A DNA stretch of 62,486 bases, counting the filler, from Clostridiaceae bacterium (GTDB lineage: Bacteria; Bacillota; Clostridia; CAYPLH01; DUMO01), in NCBI GenBank assembly GCA_012839865.1. It is 7 parts of 6 records of this genome, joined end to end, with 100 filler letters (N's around TTAATTAATTAA, not from the genome) between each part and the next. Parts side by side here need not be neighbours in the genome. Positions count along the whole stretch, not along the records: positions 40,622 to 50,967 come from DUMO01000042.1; positions 51,068 to 62,486 come from DUMO01000053.1; 5 more parts are not named here. One strand, written 5' to 3'. Every line of letters begins with the position of its first letter. Positions within the stretch are counted from its first letter, which is position 1. The translations under genes and the position numbers were made by a program. Of the stretch, positions 42,266 through 52,285 are shown piece after piece. The notes beneath the pieces were generated by a model. It saw only the letters and a program-made list of their open reading frames with translations, ran no database searches and was not told the DNA's origin.

Positions 42266-42712
42266 TTAAATGCTGTAGTTATTACCTGATTCAGCTTCTT
42301 GTTTATCCAGGATATCCTGTATTGTGATTCCGTCAAGATATTCTGTCTGAACCTTCTGCAGGCCCTCCCACACGAAGAGGGTTGGACATTCGGCACATCT
42401 CGGACAGTTATTTGTTTCTCCTTCAAGACATGCAACCGGTGCCAGACTGCCTTCGATAGCTCGCATAACATCGCCGACTGTATAGTCCTTCGGCGATTTT
42501 AAAAGTTGATACCCTCCGGCAAATCCCCGTGAAGCCCGCAAAAAAGAAGCCCGGTTCAAAATCGGTATAATCTGCTCCAGGTATTTTTTGGAAATCCCCT
42601 GACGATTCGCTATATCTTTCAAAGAGATAAAGCCTTCATTCTGATGCTGTGCAAGATCTACCATCATTCGAAGTGCATATCTTACTCTTGTTGAAATCAT
42701 TGTTTCCACCAC
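42266..42712 (-). CDS. Rrf2-family regulator (CymR/IscR-like)
   Basis: ISTRVRYALR...ISKKYLEQI...RGFAGGYQL, Cys cluster CLEGETNNCPRCAEC. Confidence 0.93.
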   Translation of the reverse strand: MVETMISTRVRYALRMMVDLAQHQNEGFISLKDIANRQGISKKYLEQIIPILNRASFLRASRGFAGGYQLLKSPKDYTVGDVMRAIEGSLAPVACLEGETNNCPRCAECPTLFVWEGLQKVQTEYLDGITIQDILDKQEAESGNNYSI

Positions 42713-42726
42713 CTTTTCTAAATACT

Positions 42727-42755
42727 ATTATACTATAGGTTTTGTAGGATTTCAA
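42727..42755 (-). promoter_or_regulatory. Sigma-A promoter of the Rrf2 gene with overlapping operator
   Basis: TTGAAA-N17-TATAAT on the - strand. TCCTAC-N7-ATAGTA lies in the spacer. Confidence 0.75.
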
Positions 42756-42962
42756 GAATTTTACAGACTTGTTCCTGCGGAGAAATGCAGAGTAATAATG
42801 TTTTCCTTATAAATCAAGATCCTTGATATACAAGACAATATAGGCATCTATACCCCTGTACTGTTAATTGTATTGTTGCTCTCATTGACTATATTGTTGC
42901 CCCTTTGATATACTTTCCATTAATGGTAAAGTAGTAATTAAAGAAAGCTTAAGGAGAGCATT

Positions 42963-43733
42963 ATGAAGCACATACTTTATTTCAGAAAAATTATTATTAC
43001 TTTCACAATCTCAGTCATTTTTTTGCTTTCTATTTGTGCCTGCACGCAAAATGAGGGAGGCAAATCCACGGAATCACTGTCTATTGGCTCTCCTGATGAA
43101 GCTGCAACACCTGTGTCGAGCGAAAAATTACCGGAATATACCGAATCTGACACGCCGGCCAATTTGGCTGCGCTTAACTCTTATAAAGCGGTACTGCTGG
43201 GCAATGCCGGGTTTTTGGAAACCAGTATTATGAAAACATTGAATATCAACCAGTTGAACCAGGCTGTCAGCTCTGACAGTACAGTTAACGTGGAAGCAAC
43301 AAGGTTTGCAGTTATGGATCTGGATAACGATGGTGTGATGGATGTTATACTTTGGCTGAGCGTAAACGGGCTTGACGATTATGGAACTGAGATTTTACAT
43401 TATCAGAATGGAGTGGTATATGGTTATGTTATGTGGTTTCGAGCATTTAATCAGTTAAAAACAGACCGCACCTTTTCATTTTCCAGCGGAGCAATGGATA
43501 ATGGCTTTGGCACAATTGCATTTACAGATAAGAGTTATTCCATCAATAAGATAACCTATTCCCAGTCAAGTTACGATTCCAATAACAATTTGACAGTTAC
43601 ATTTTTTGTTAACAATAAAGAAGCCACACAGAATGAATTTGATTCGGCTATCCAAAACCAGAGTGAGAAGCCAGATGCTGCATGGTATGATTTAACCGAA
43701 GATAACATAGAATCAGTGCTTAATGCTTTATAA
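42963..43733 (+). CDS. Hypothetical lipoprotein
   Basis: RBS AAGGAG, signal peptide ending ICAC, low-complexity linker, MDLDNDGVMD motif. Confidence 0.8.
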   Translation: MKHILYFRKIIITFTISVIFLLSICACTQNEGGKSTESLSIGSPDEAATPVSSEKLPEYTESDTPANLAALNSYKAVLLGNAGFLETSIMKTLNINQLNQAVSSDSTVNVEATRFAVMDLDNDGVMDVILWLSVNGLDDYGTEILHYQNGVVYGYVMWFRAFNQLKTDRTFSFSSGAMDNGFGTIAFTDKSYSINKITYSQSSYDSNNNLTVTFFVNNKEATQNEFDSAIQNQSEKPDAAWYDLTEDNIESVLNAL

Positions 43734-43771
43734 GTTATAGTAGGTCAAGCTTGCTGCCAAGCTTTTTATCA

Positions 43772-44267
43772 CTATGATTTTAATTTTCCTTCTTCAAAGG
43801 AACTCTTAAATTTCAACAAACTTTTTCTGGCAATTTTCATGGCTTCAACAGACTCTTCAGCATTCTTTATCTGCTTTTTCAGTTCCTTTTTCTCTTTACC
43901 CTTCGCAACATCGCCTTTCCTTTTGTTTCAAGATCGACTCCCATCTGTATATAGTTTGGTGCTTCGGCATATTTTCGTGATTGCAGGCCTTTTATTTTAC
44001 CGCAAAAAAGGGCAAGAGCCTTTATAATGGATTTTTTTAATTCTTTGATGTATTCACTTCAGGCATTAGAATTTCCCTGCTCTCCCAAATATGCGGCAAT
44101 GATTTTATCAGCTCATTCGCCTTGTCTGTCTTACCCAATTTCAAGTATAAAAAGAGAAGATTAACGGTAGCAGTGCATCTTGATTTCATAATGAGATTTC
44201 CCTGTAAAGCACGTTCCAGCTTCTGCCCTTGTCTCGTCGTCATCAATTTCAGCCATTTTGTCTTCAT
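43772..44267 (-). pseudogene. Patchwork of gene remnants (helical/TPR-like regulator C-terminus and an unrelated C-terminus)
   Basis: NLLFLYLKLGKTDKANELIKSLPHIWESREIL continues in another frame as ELKKSIIKALALFCGKI, then KKELKKQIKNAEESVEAMKIARKSL...*. Confidence 0.45.
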
Positions 44268-44286
44268 ATGGCTTGAAATTTGTCAA

Positions 44287-45488
44287 CTATGTCCTACAAG
44301 AGTCCGTTTCCCATCTTTGAGCCCTTTCCACAGCTCTTTTCCAGTTTTTATAATAGACCGCCCTTGTCTGTTCCTCCATCTGAGGACTAAACACTTTATC
44401 ACACACCCATTTGGCAGCTATTTCCTTTTTGTCAGACCATACGCCTGCTCCCAACCCTGCAAGATAGCCTACCCCTAAAGCTGTTGTTTCTGTAACCCTG
44501 GGTCGGATAACGGTCACATTCATTATATCAGCCTGAAATTGCATCAGAAACGGGCTGACACTGGCTCCGCCATCAACTTTCAGTTCCTTCAGCTTTATAC
44601 CGGAATCCAGTTCCATAAGCTCAAGTATATCTCTGCTCTGATAAGCAATAGCCTCAAGTGTAGCTCTTATTATATGTTCACGCTTGCTGCCCCGCGTAAG
44701 TCCGACAATAGCGCCGCGTGCGTACATATCCCAGTACGGTGCCCCCAGTCCCGTAAAAGCAGGAACTACATACACTCCTCCGGTATCCGGCACCTTTTCT
44801 GCATCTTCATCTGCCTGCCTGGCGCTTTCTATCAGCTTCATTTCGTCACGAAGCCACTGTATGGACGAGCCTGCATTAAATACACTTCCCTCAAGAGCAT
44901 ATTCCACTTTTCCATCCATAGCCCAGGCTATGGTAGTTAGCAGCCTGTTATTAGAGTTTACCGGTCTTGTTCCGGTATTCATAAGGGTAAAGCAACCGGT
45001 ACCGTAAGTATTTTTAGCAGAGCCCTTTTCAAAGCAAGCCTGGCCAAAGAGTGCAGCATGCTGATCCCCTGCGATACCGCTGATGGGAATAGCTGCCCCA
45101 AATATTTCAGGTGTGGTTTCTCCAACAATTCCTGAAGACGGTACAACCTTTGGCAGCATGCTTTTTGGAATCTCCATTTCTGCAAGCAGCTCACTGTCCC
45201 ATTCCAGTGTGTGTATATTAAACAGCATCGTCCTCGAAGCATTGGAATAGTCGGTTACATGAAGCTTTCCACCTGTAAGCTTCCATACCAGCCAGCTATC
45301 TATAGTTCCGGCAAGAAGCCTCCCCTGCCTGGCTTTCATCTTCGCGCCCTCAACATTGTCAAGTATCCACTTTATTTTTGTAGCAGAAAAATAGGAATTG
45401 CCACAATTCTGGTGGCCTCTTTCTCAAAAATGACTGCTCTGGAGCTTGTCGTTCCCTGATCTAGTGAAAGCACATACTTTTTTTCCAT
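44287..45488 (-). pseudogene. glpK: Glycerol kinase with internal deletion and frameshift
   Basis: MEKKYVLSLDQGTTSSRAVIF (ATG 45488) jumps out of frame to [15 protein letters not shown]. The HDP/TNQRET region is absent. The remainder is intact ([22 protein letters not shown]). Confidence 0.9.
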
Positions 45489-45704
45489 TTTAGCACCCCA
45501 TTTGTTTTTTGTTATTCAATGTATCATTAACAAAATGATTTGTACGCTTGAAAGTTTGAAAATGGCGCTGTATTAATATATATCACAGCTACCGCTTATA
45601 TCTTACTACAGACACAAGTCCGTCTGCAATCCTCCCAGGAGTATAAATTATCGTTGCAATGATTCTACATGTTTCTTCCCTCCTGGTCATTTGTATTGCA
45701 GGAC

Positions 45705-45917
45705 TTAATTAGTCTCAGTACCAATCTTCATACTTTCCAATTCTAACCCGCCAAAAATATTTAAAAGAGTAGATTTGCCCGATCCAGATTCGCCGACAAT
45801 CGCTATGAATTCACCATGATTCATAGAGAAGCTTAAACTCTTCAATACTTGTTGGTTTTTATTCTCATTGATCCTGTATTCTTTGGTTAAATCCTTAATT
45901 TCTATAAGAGTCATCAC
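45705..45917 (-). pseudogene. Truncated LolD/MacB-type ABC ATPase
   Basis: [10 protein letters not shown]...[17 protein letters not shown], then a stop. No signature motif, Walker B or permease follows. Confidence 0.85.
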
Positions 45918-46840
45918 TTAACCTCCTGTTTTTCCGCAAAAATATCTTTTATAAATGACTCCACTTCATCCCATGCCATATTAGCATCAGATAGCTCCGG
46001 AAACAGCATTTGAAATACATGGAACATACCAGGGTACGTTGTTTGCTGAACAACAACTCCAGCTTCCTTGGCTTTTTGTGCCACCTTAATGGTATCATTT
46101 AAAAGTATTTCATCTCCGCCAACCTGCATAAGCACGGGCGGAAAGCCGCTGTATTCGCCAAAAGCAGGTGAAATATAAGGATTATTAGCAGGATTATTGC
46201 CTACATATGCTGGAGTCCTGCGCCTGTAATTTAAATTTGTCCATGCGGACATAGTTATTAAAGCCGCTGGCATTGGCATGTCATTATCTCTAATATAAAG
46301 TGAAGTCGCAAGCACAAGCCCTCCACCTGCTGAATCTCCCGCTATAATGATATTTTCCGGTGGATATCCTTCTCCTAAAAGCCATTTATACGCTTGAACA
46401 GCATCCTCTAATGCTGCGGGATAAGGATGTTCCGGAGCAACCCGATAATCAACAGTCAAAACTCCTGCTCCGCTTAGCTTTGCATATTGCACAGCAGCAC
46501 GCTGGTACGTTATGCCGTTATCCTCCAAAGAGCGAGTATAAGCTCCACCATGAAGCTGAAGTATTGCCTTATCAGGATTAGTACCCTTTTTCTGAACCCA
46601 CTCCATTGTTATTCCATTAACTTCTTTGATTTCTAACGAGTATTCATCCGGTAACGTCCAGTTTTCATTCAGTTGCTTTAAAAGTTCAATATTGCTATTT
46701 CCACCTATCTCCAATATGTTATCCATATAAGATCCTTTTCTTAGACTTCTAAATCCATACCAAATACCTGCGCCAACCCCAACAATAATTAGTATAAAAG
46801 CAATCAATTTATAAAGTTTATTTTTCTTATTTCTACTCAT
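45914..46840 (-). CDS. Membrane-anchored GDXG/HSL-family alpha/beta hydrolase (esterase)
   Basis: N-terminal [37 protein letters not shown]. Confidence 0.93.
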   Translation of the reverse strand: MSRNKKNKLYKLIAFILIIVGVGAGIWYGFRSLRKGSYMDNILEIGGNSNIELLKQLNENWTLPDEYSLEIKEVNGITMEWVQKKGTNPDKAILQLHGGAYTRSLEDNGITYQRAAVQYAKLSGAGVLTVDYRVAPEHPYPAALEDAVQAYKWLLGEGYPPENIIIAGDSAGGGLVLATSLYIRDNDMPMPAALITMSAWTNLNYRRRTPAYVGNNPANNPYISPAFGEYSGFPPVLMQVGGDEILLNDTIKVAQKAKEAGVVVQQTTYPGMFHVFQMLFPELSDANMAWDEVESFIKDIFAEKQEVK

Positions 46841-47312
46841 CACTTCTGCCTCCGTTGCTTTCAAGTATTACTTTATATATGTCTGTTAGCTTATTGATCA
46901 ATTCAATCAGTTTGTCCGTATCCGAGTCACCTAATGCTACAATAAGCCTTTCAGCAATACTCAAAATCCTCCTGTTAGCTTTTTCTATGGCTTCAATTCC
47001 TGCTTTAGTCAATTCAATTTTAATGCTTCTCCTGTCTTTCGAATCAATGTTCCGCGCAATTAACCCTCGTCGTTCCAAATCATTGAGAATTCGAGTAATG
47101 GACGGGCGAGACAGCTCAAGTATATCCGATAAATCGGCAGCCTTAATGTATCCTTGAATGCCGTAACTTGACATGCCATTATTTGAAAGCCATATGTTCC
47201 TCAAAACGAGATACTCACTCTGTGAAAGGTCACCATTACTTATTAGTGCATTCAATTGCCTTCTCATATTTAAACAAGAATATAACAAACGGAATCCTTT
47301 TTGCTGTATCAT
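46833..47312 (-). CDS. MarR-family regulator
   Basis: LSRPSITRILNDLERRGLIAR...DRRSIKIELT. ATG 47312 follows a GGAGG RBS. Confidence 0.93.
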   Translation of the reverse strand: MIQQKGFRLLYSCLNMRRQLNALISNGDLSQSEYLVLRNIWLSNNGMSSYGIQGYIKAADLSDILELSRPSITRILNDLERRGLIARNIDSKDRRSIKIELTKAGIEAIEKANRRILSIAERLIVALGDSDTDKLIELINKLTDIYKVILESNGGRSDE

Positions 47313-47370
47313 ATCAAGAACCTCCAATAGTTAGTTTTGTTTATTATGTTAATAGTTTTGTATGTAAATT

Positions 47371-47399
47371 ATTATAATCCAAAATCAATTTTATATCAA
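47371..47399 (-). promoter_or_regulatory. Sigma-A promoter of the marR operon
   Basis: TTGATA-N17-TATAAT on the - strand. Confidence 0.7.
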
Positions 47400-47504
47400 T
47401 AGGATATTAATGCTTATTCAAACTTTCCATAGCAAAAGCTGTTGATATGTTTCCGCTAACAGTTACGAAAATAAAAACAAAGGGCTCTCCAGCATATCCA
47501 TCGC

Positions 47505-48371
47505 CTAATAACAAACTGCCGGCAGATGGTATATCACAACTTCCACATTCTCAGTTACAACCACACCGGAAATATCGAAAATTATACCGCTTTTATCCAG
47601 GCTTTCGTTTCTTTCATATTCTTCAATAAAAGTTGAGATTACCTCTTCGGTTGCCGTATCAAATCCAAATAACCTCCTAAATGAGAAATTTGCAGCTTGA
47701 GTCCCTGAGTTTTGGCGATTACCTCGTTTATAAGTATCTCTGCGTCCTTTTTCCCGAATTTGGAATAATCATTTCTAAAATGAAGTAATATTGGTATTCC
47801 TTTTTCAGCACAGAGCAAAAAGATTCTGTATTTTTGCCAGAGGCTCCGGGTTGGTCAAATCAACGTTTGAATTGGCAAAATGAAGCTTTAGTCCCGGGAG
47901 CTTGAGCTCATCGTAACACCTGTCAACTTCTTCTGCCGCATATTCCTTTAGAGGATTTACGCTGAAAAAGCCTATTAATCTCTCGGGATATCTGGCACAC
48001 TGAATGGCAAGATAATTGTTTTCCTTCTTTACATCATTATACTCATCGGGTCCTGCAATTAGATCGTTTCCAGAAATATATGCAACTGATATTATAAAAG
48101 CTCTGTCCATCCCTGCTTCATCCAACAGCTCAATTATTGTTTCAGCAGAGGACTCTTCCAGTTGATTTCCGCTTAACTCGTCACTTCCAAGTATAGCTAT
48201 AAAAATATCGGCCATCTGTTTGCTCTGTATGTGCATATGGTAATCAGTATGGATTGTTTTTTCTGCTACTGATGGATTATTGGCAGGTTCTTCTGCATGG
48301 TTGCAGGCTGCCAAAGCTACTGAAAGAGCAATTACAATTGCCCATATTGTTGCTTTTTTCAATAACTTCAT
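47505..48371 (-). pseudogene. Amidohydrolase-family lipoprotein with at least two frameshifts
   Basis: Lipobox LAAC, DYHMH, GLKLH. After the stop at 47805 other frames continue with GIPILLHF...QISHLGG and GFDTATEE...FDISGVV. Confidence 0.75.
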
Positions 48372-48379
48372 CTGTATAC

Positions 48380-48643
48380 CTTCTTTATCGAGAAGGTCTT
48401 TTCCAATATGGAGGTCTCCTTGAAGGCAAAGAATACTATCCTTCTGGTCATCTCAAATTTGAAGGAAGATATAATGATCGTAAAAAAGATGGCGGTTATT
48501 ATTGACCTTCGTACCCACTTTATGGCAAGTTCTATGCTGAAGATGGAACACTTTTGTATGTGGGAGACTTTAAAGTTGAAAGACAAGGGAGCATTGGATA
48601 TCCCAAAGTCATCTTTCCAAAAGGTTTCGGTCCCCTTGTTTAA
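48380..48643 (+). pseudogene. MORN/YwqK-like repeat protein, C-terminal remnant with in-frame TGA
   Basis: GKEYYPSGHLKFEGRY...GGYY*PSYPLYGKFYAEDGTLLYVGDF...GYPKV. No upstream part or RBS. Confidence 0.6.
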
Positions 48644-48688
48644 CCCCGCTTACCCAATCGGCTACAATCTTATGCTATAATTTTGCTG

Positions 48689-48748
48689 TGACTTGGTGTT
48701 CTTTCCTGCATGATTTCGTCAATCGGTTTTGCGCTGTTTTATTGTAAA
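48689..48748 (+). repeat. Direct repeat copy 1 (upstream of the DUF5050 gene)
   Basis: 47-bp core 48702-48748 matches 50599-50645 at 42/47 positions. Both copies are preceded by TGACTTGGTGT. Confidence 0.85.
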
Positions 48749-48869
48749 CTGCCAAACCTTTGATGGGTTTATGCAGTTTGTACAACTCTTGAAGATGATG
48801 TATCTGAAATCATCAAAGTAAATCGAAGCGGATGAGAGATTGAAGATTAAAGTCATGGAGGGTTGAAAA

Positions 48870-50546
48870 GTGAAAAAATGGCATATTGCTTGTATTGTGA
48901 TTTTATTGCTTATTGTTGCTTTTTGCATAGCATTCGTATATCGTTCTCATCTTCTTGAAAACAATAATGCTGTATCAGTTCCCTCAAATCTGGACGATAA
49001 TACTATAGACGACCTTTCCAATACACAGAATCATGTTGCAGATCAACCAGATATAACAAGCAAACCGAACAATGATATTGAAGTAAAAAAATACTACAGC
49101 CTGAATGATTCTGCGAATATTATCAATCAAGGCTTTGCTGCTCAGGAAGGGGATACCATTGTTTATGTAGATGGCTATACCGGGATGTTACTTGCAACCG
49201 ACAGTGAGTTCAGCAATAAGAGAGTTTATGACGGAATACTGAATGCAAAAAACGTACTGCTCAAGGGCGAATGGATTTATTACATCAATTCATCCAGCAA
49301 CTCATTACATAAACTAAAACTTGACGGAACAGAAAATATCACGATAGCAGATAAAGACATTGCCGAAGCGATCGTAACCGACCAATTCATTTATTATATT
49401 GGTAAGAACAACAACATTTATCAAATGGACCTGGACGGATTGAATGTTAAACAGCTGAACCAGGAATATTGTAATAACATTTGCTTCTATAATGACAAAA
49501 TATATTATATTAATCGCAACAGGAATGAAATCTACCGCATGAACATGGACGGATCGGATCAGGAGAAAATATCACAGGAGAATCTCATTGGCAGCTTTAT
49601 TATCGTTAACGATTTTATCTACGCAGTAAAGTCTAATTGTGTTCTGAAAATGAAAACTGATGGTTCGGTATCAGACATTTTCCTGAATGAAAAGGTTGCA
49701 CATATTAATTTTGATGAGAATTATTTCTATTATACCACAAACCGTTCAGGTTCCTTCATCTATAACAATTACACTCTTTTCCGCATAGACCATGGTGGAA
49801 AAGAAAAAATGCAGCTAAGTGACAATTGCCGGTATATCAATGTACTAAACGCATCTATTCTGGGATGGGTTCCAAAGACATATAAAACAACCGATTATTT
49901 TTTCTCAATGAAAAAGGGTAGCACTGATATCCATGAATTGTTTGACAAAAATCTGAATTATAACACTTTAAATCTGGATAAAATGAATCAATTTGCTGCT
50001 GAAAGATTTAAAGAAGGAATGTCCCCGGATGAGGTGGTAGAAACAGTGCACGGACAAATCAACACATTTACCAGCAACCCCAAAACTATTCAACAAGCTG
50101 TCATTGCGGATATTGACATGGATGGCCGTACAGAAATGGTGATAACCTATACGAATATCGAAAACAGTACCTGGCAGCACTACCTCTCGGTTTTTGCACT
50201 GGAAAACAATCAATTTATCGAGATTGCAAAGTCGAAAACACCAGATGCTAATTTTATCACCATTGATGTATTGGATATCATGACAGGTGGCAACAAAGAG
50301 ATAATTATCATGGATGACCATTATGAGTACCCGGCATTTTCTATTTTTACTTATGAAAATCAGCATTTGGTTGAACAAGACACTAATAAACTAGGACTTA
50401 ACGGGATTAATCAATTTGTATCTTTCGGTGCAGACAGGAACCTGATTTATCACAGAGTAACGGATGGATTCTTTTCAGGTAGTTATTATATCTGGGATGG
50501 CACTCAATTTGTTGGATCAGAAGATTACTTATATGATGGAAGATGA
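48870..50546 (+). CDS. DUF5050-like beta-propeller surface protein with N-terminal membrane anchor
   Basis: N-terminal TM, NIINQGFAAQEGD, repeated WIYY...LHKLKLDG / IYRMNMDGS blades, C-terminal DIDMDG. Confidence 0.85.
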   Translation: MKKWHIACIVILLLIVAFCIAFVYRSHLLENNNAVSVPSNLDDNTIDDLSNTQNHVADQPDITSKPNNDIEVKKYYSLNDSANIINQGFAAQEGDTIVYVDGYTGMLLATDSEFSNKRVYDGILNAKNVLLKGEWIYYINSSSNSLHKLKLDGTENITIADKDIAEAIVTDQFIYYIGKNNNIYQMDLDGLNVKQLNQEYCNNICFYNDKIYYINRNRNEIYRMNMDGSDQEKISQENLIGSFIIVNDFIYAVKSNCVLKMKTDGSVSDIFLNEKVAHINFDENYFYYTTNRSGSFIYNNYTLFRIDHGGKEKMQLSDNCRYINVLNASILGWVPKTYKTTDYFFSMKKGSTDIHELFDKNLNYNTLNLDKMNQFAAERFKEGMSPDEVVETVHGQINTFTSNPKTIQQAVIADIDMDGRTEMVITYTNIENSTWQHYLSVFALENNQFIEIAKSKTPDANFITIDVLDIMTGGNKEIIIMDDHYEYPAFSIFTYENQHLVEQDTNKLGLNGINQFVSFGADRNLIYHRVTDGFFSGSYYIWDGTQFVGSEDYLYDGR

Positions 50547-50569
50547 AGGCTTCGACCAGAAAATTCGCA

Positions 50570-50645
50570 TGACTTGGTGTGCAAAGACTTCCCAGGTTTT
50601 TCCTGCATGATTTTGTCAATCAGTTTTGGGCTGTTTAATTGAAAA
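50570..50645 (+). repeat. Direct repeat copy 2 (downstream of the DUF5050 gene)
   Basis: See copy 1. This copy has a longer spacer between the 11-bp leader and the core. Confidence 0.85.
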
Positions 50646-50829
50646 TCCTGTTTGAGGAAGCATGCCCGTCAATAGCTATCCCAAATCGTAAGTTGACAGC
50701 CCAACCTTGTGTAGTTCTACACGATTATCTCATTTATTCTTTTTATTACATTACCCATTCTATAATCTTGTAGTAATTTCATATTTTTCTTTGAAATATT
50801 TAACCCATACTCTGGTTTACTTTTCAAGC

Positions 50830-50967
50830 CTACATAATCCTTCCGAGAAGGACAGGCATTGCCCGGAATGTGGCAGCAATATGCATGCAATGGGTAAAGA
50901 AATCCGTGAGGATGTAAAGCTTATTCCTCCAAAGGCTGTAATAGTGAGACATGTAAGACATATTTAC
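50830..50967 (+). mobile_element. IS66-family transposase (TnpC) fragment
   Basis: SEKDRHCPECGSNMHAMGKEIREDVKLIPPKAVIVRHVRHIY matches the IS66 zinc-finger region. No N-terminus. Cut by contig end. Confidence 0.8.
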
Positions 50968-51067
50968 NNNNNNNNNNNNNNNNNNNNNNNNNNNNNNNNN
51001 NNNNNNNNNNNTTAATTAATTAANNNNNNNNNNNNNNNNNNNNNNNNNNNNNNNNNNNNNNNNNNNN
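50968..51067. other. Artificial contig linker
   Basis: N44-TTAATTAATTAA-N44. Confidence 0.98.
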
Positions 51068-51171
51068 AGCCGGGATATTTCCGCATTGCTGACTCCCGAC
51101 TTTTCTGCGAGATCACGCTGGGATAGGTGATTCTGTTCTCTTAAACTTTTGATATAGCTTCCGAAACTCAT
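51068..51171 (-). CDS. XRE-family HTH repressor, N-terminus (cut by contig edge)
   Basis: GAGGAG RBS, MSFGSYIKSLREQNHLSQRDLAEKSGVSNAEISR. Confidence 0.9.
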
Positions 51172-51209
51172 ACATACATCTCCTCTTGGCTTCATTATAC
51201 AATATGCGA

Positions 51210-51294
51210 TACCGAATGGCAATATGAAATAAAAAATAGATTGACAAACGGTAGCTTTAATGGTAATATTAAGAAAATGCTACCGAACGGTAAC
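51210..51294. promoter_or_regulatory. Divergent promoter region with three related palindromic operators
   Basis: TACCGAATGGCA (51210), GACAAACGGTA (in the TTGACA-N17-TAATAT promoter, 51241-51269) and TACCGAACGGTA (51281). Confidence 0.65.
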
Positions 51295-51345
51295 AAACAA
51301 AAAATACGATAAGGAACAATCCTGGCTGAAAGAGGTGTCAATACA

Positions 51346-51954
51346 ATGAATATGTTGATGCACAAAGCGGTTTCCCTGTCCAGGGAGCTGGATTTAAAAA
51401 GTTACAGGGGAAAAAACATTTACCATAATGCAAAGCTTTTGCTTAAGCTTTACAGCAAAGTGTTATGGCGGATTGAGCACTCCTTGAAGGAAATGAACAC
51501 CGAATGTTTTTACCTGAATAGAATCAGTCTGGCAGAGGCTATCGAAAGCCTTCTGGACATGAACACCGACCTGGACAGGCTGAACCTTGAAAGCCGGCTG
51601 GAAAGCCTGGATGTGAGCAGGGTTATTCTTGAATTGATTAATAAAGCCCTTGTATTGCTGAAGGCATATCCGGAAAAGGGTGAGAGGTACTTTGACATTC
51701 TCAATAAAATGTACATTCTCAATAACCGGTATTCCGAAAACGAAATGCTGGAGTATCTCAACATTGGACGAACCACTTTTTACAAGGAAAAGAAGGATGC
51801 AATACATATGCTGGGTGTGATTCTCTGGGGCTTTCTTATCCCTGACCTGGAAGACAGACAGGAAAAATGCAGGGTTGCTGAAGAAGGTATTACTTATGGA
51901 ACGCAGTCCGGCAGGAACAAAGAGGAACTCAGGAGTGTACTGAAAGTGAACTAA
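51346..51954 (+). CDS. DUF1492-like regulator of clostridial ICEs/prophages
   Basis: C-terminal HTH-like segment YSENEMLEYLNIGRTTFYKEKKDAIHMLGVILWG. Divergent from the XRE gene. Confidence 0.6.
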   Translation: MNMLMHKAVSLSRELDLKSYRGKNIYHNAKLLLKLYSKVLWRIEHSLKEMNTECFYLNRISLAEAIESLLDMNTDLDRLNLESRLESLDVSRVILELINKALVLLKAYPEKGERYFDILNKMYILNNRYSENEMLEYLNIGRTTFYKEKKDAIHMLGVILWGFLIPDLEDRQEKCRVAEEGITYGTQSGRNKEELRSVLKVN

Positions 51955-51995
51955 TGTTGAACTGAAAATGAACCATATCGGAACCCAAACGGTAC
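51915..51995 (+). repeat. Helically phased GWAC repeat array
   Basis: GAAC/GTAC at 51915, 51925, 51937, 51948, 51959, 51970, 51981 and 51992. Confidence 0.7.
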
Positions 51996-52128
51996 TGACA
52001 GCATATTCTGTACATGCTATGATGGGTATGCTGGGAGAATACAGGCTTTAGGCCCCGCGGCGGATTGAGTGCTACGGGGCTTTTTTCATGCCTTTTTTCC
52101 GGCTAAAAAAACATAATGCCCGGGAGTA

Positions 52129-52164
52129 AAAAGGGTCGCACGTTTTTACGTGCGGCCCTTTTTT
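52129..52164 (+). terminator. Rho-independent terminator or attenuator
   Basis: Stem AAAAGGGTCGCACGT/ACGTGCGGCCCTTTT with flanking A/T runs. Confidence 0.8.
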
Positions 52165-52285
52165 GCGTTTCCGGCATAGAAAGGCGCTGACCGTATGAAA
52201 GGCTGGTTCTGGTATTATGCCCGCTATCCATAGATTCTTCCGTTTTGCCATTCAACCCAAAACGACGAAACGGAGGAATTTGAAA

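Noticed and set aside
7338..51067. Six identical TTAATTAATTAA motifs inside N runs, and ORFs containing X that run into them
   Set aside because: Artificial six-frame-stop linkers used to concatenate contigs. They are not biological repeats, and genes on either side are not neighbours.
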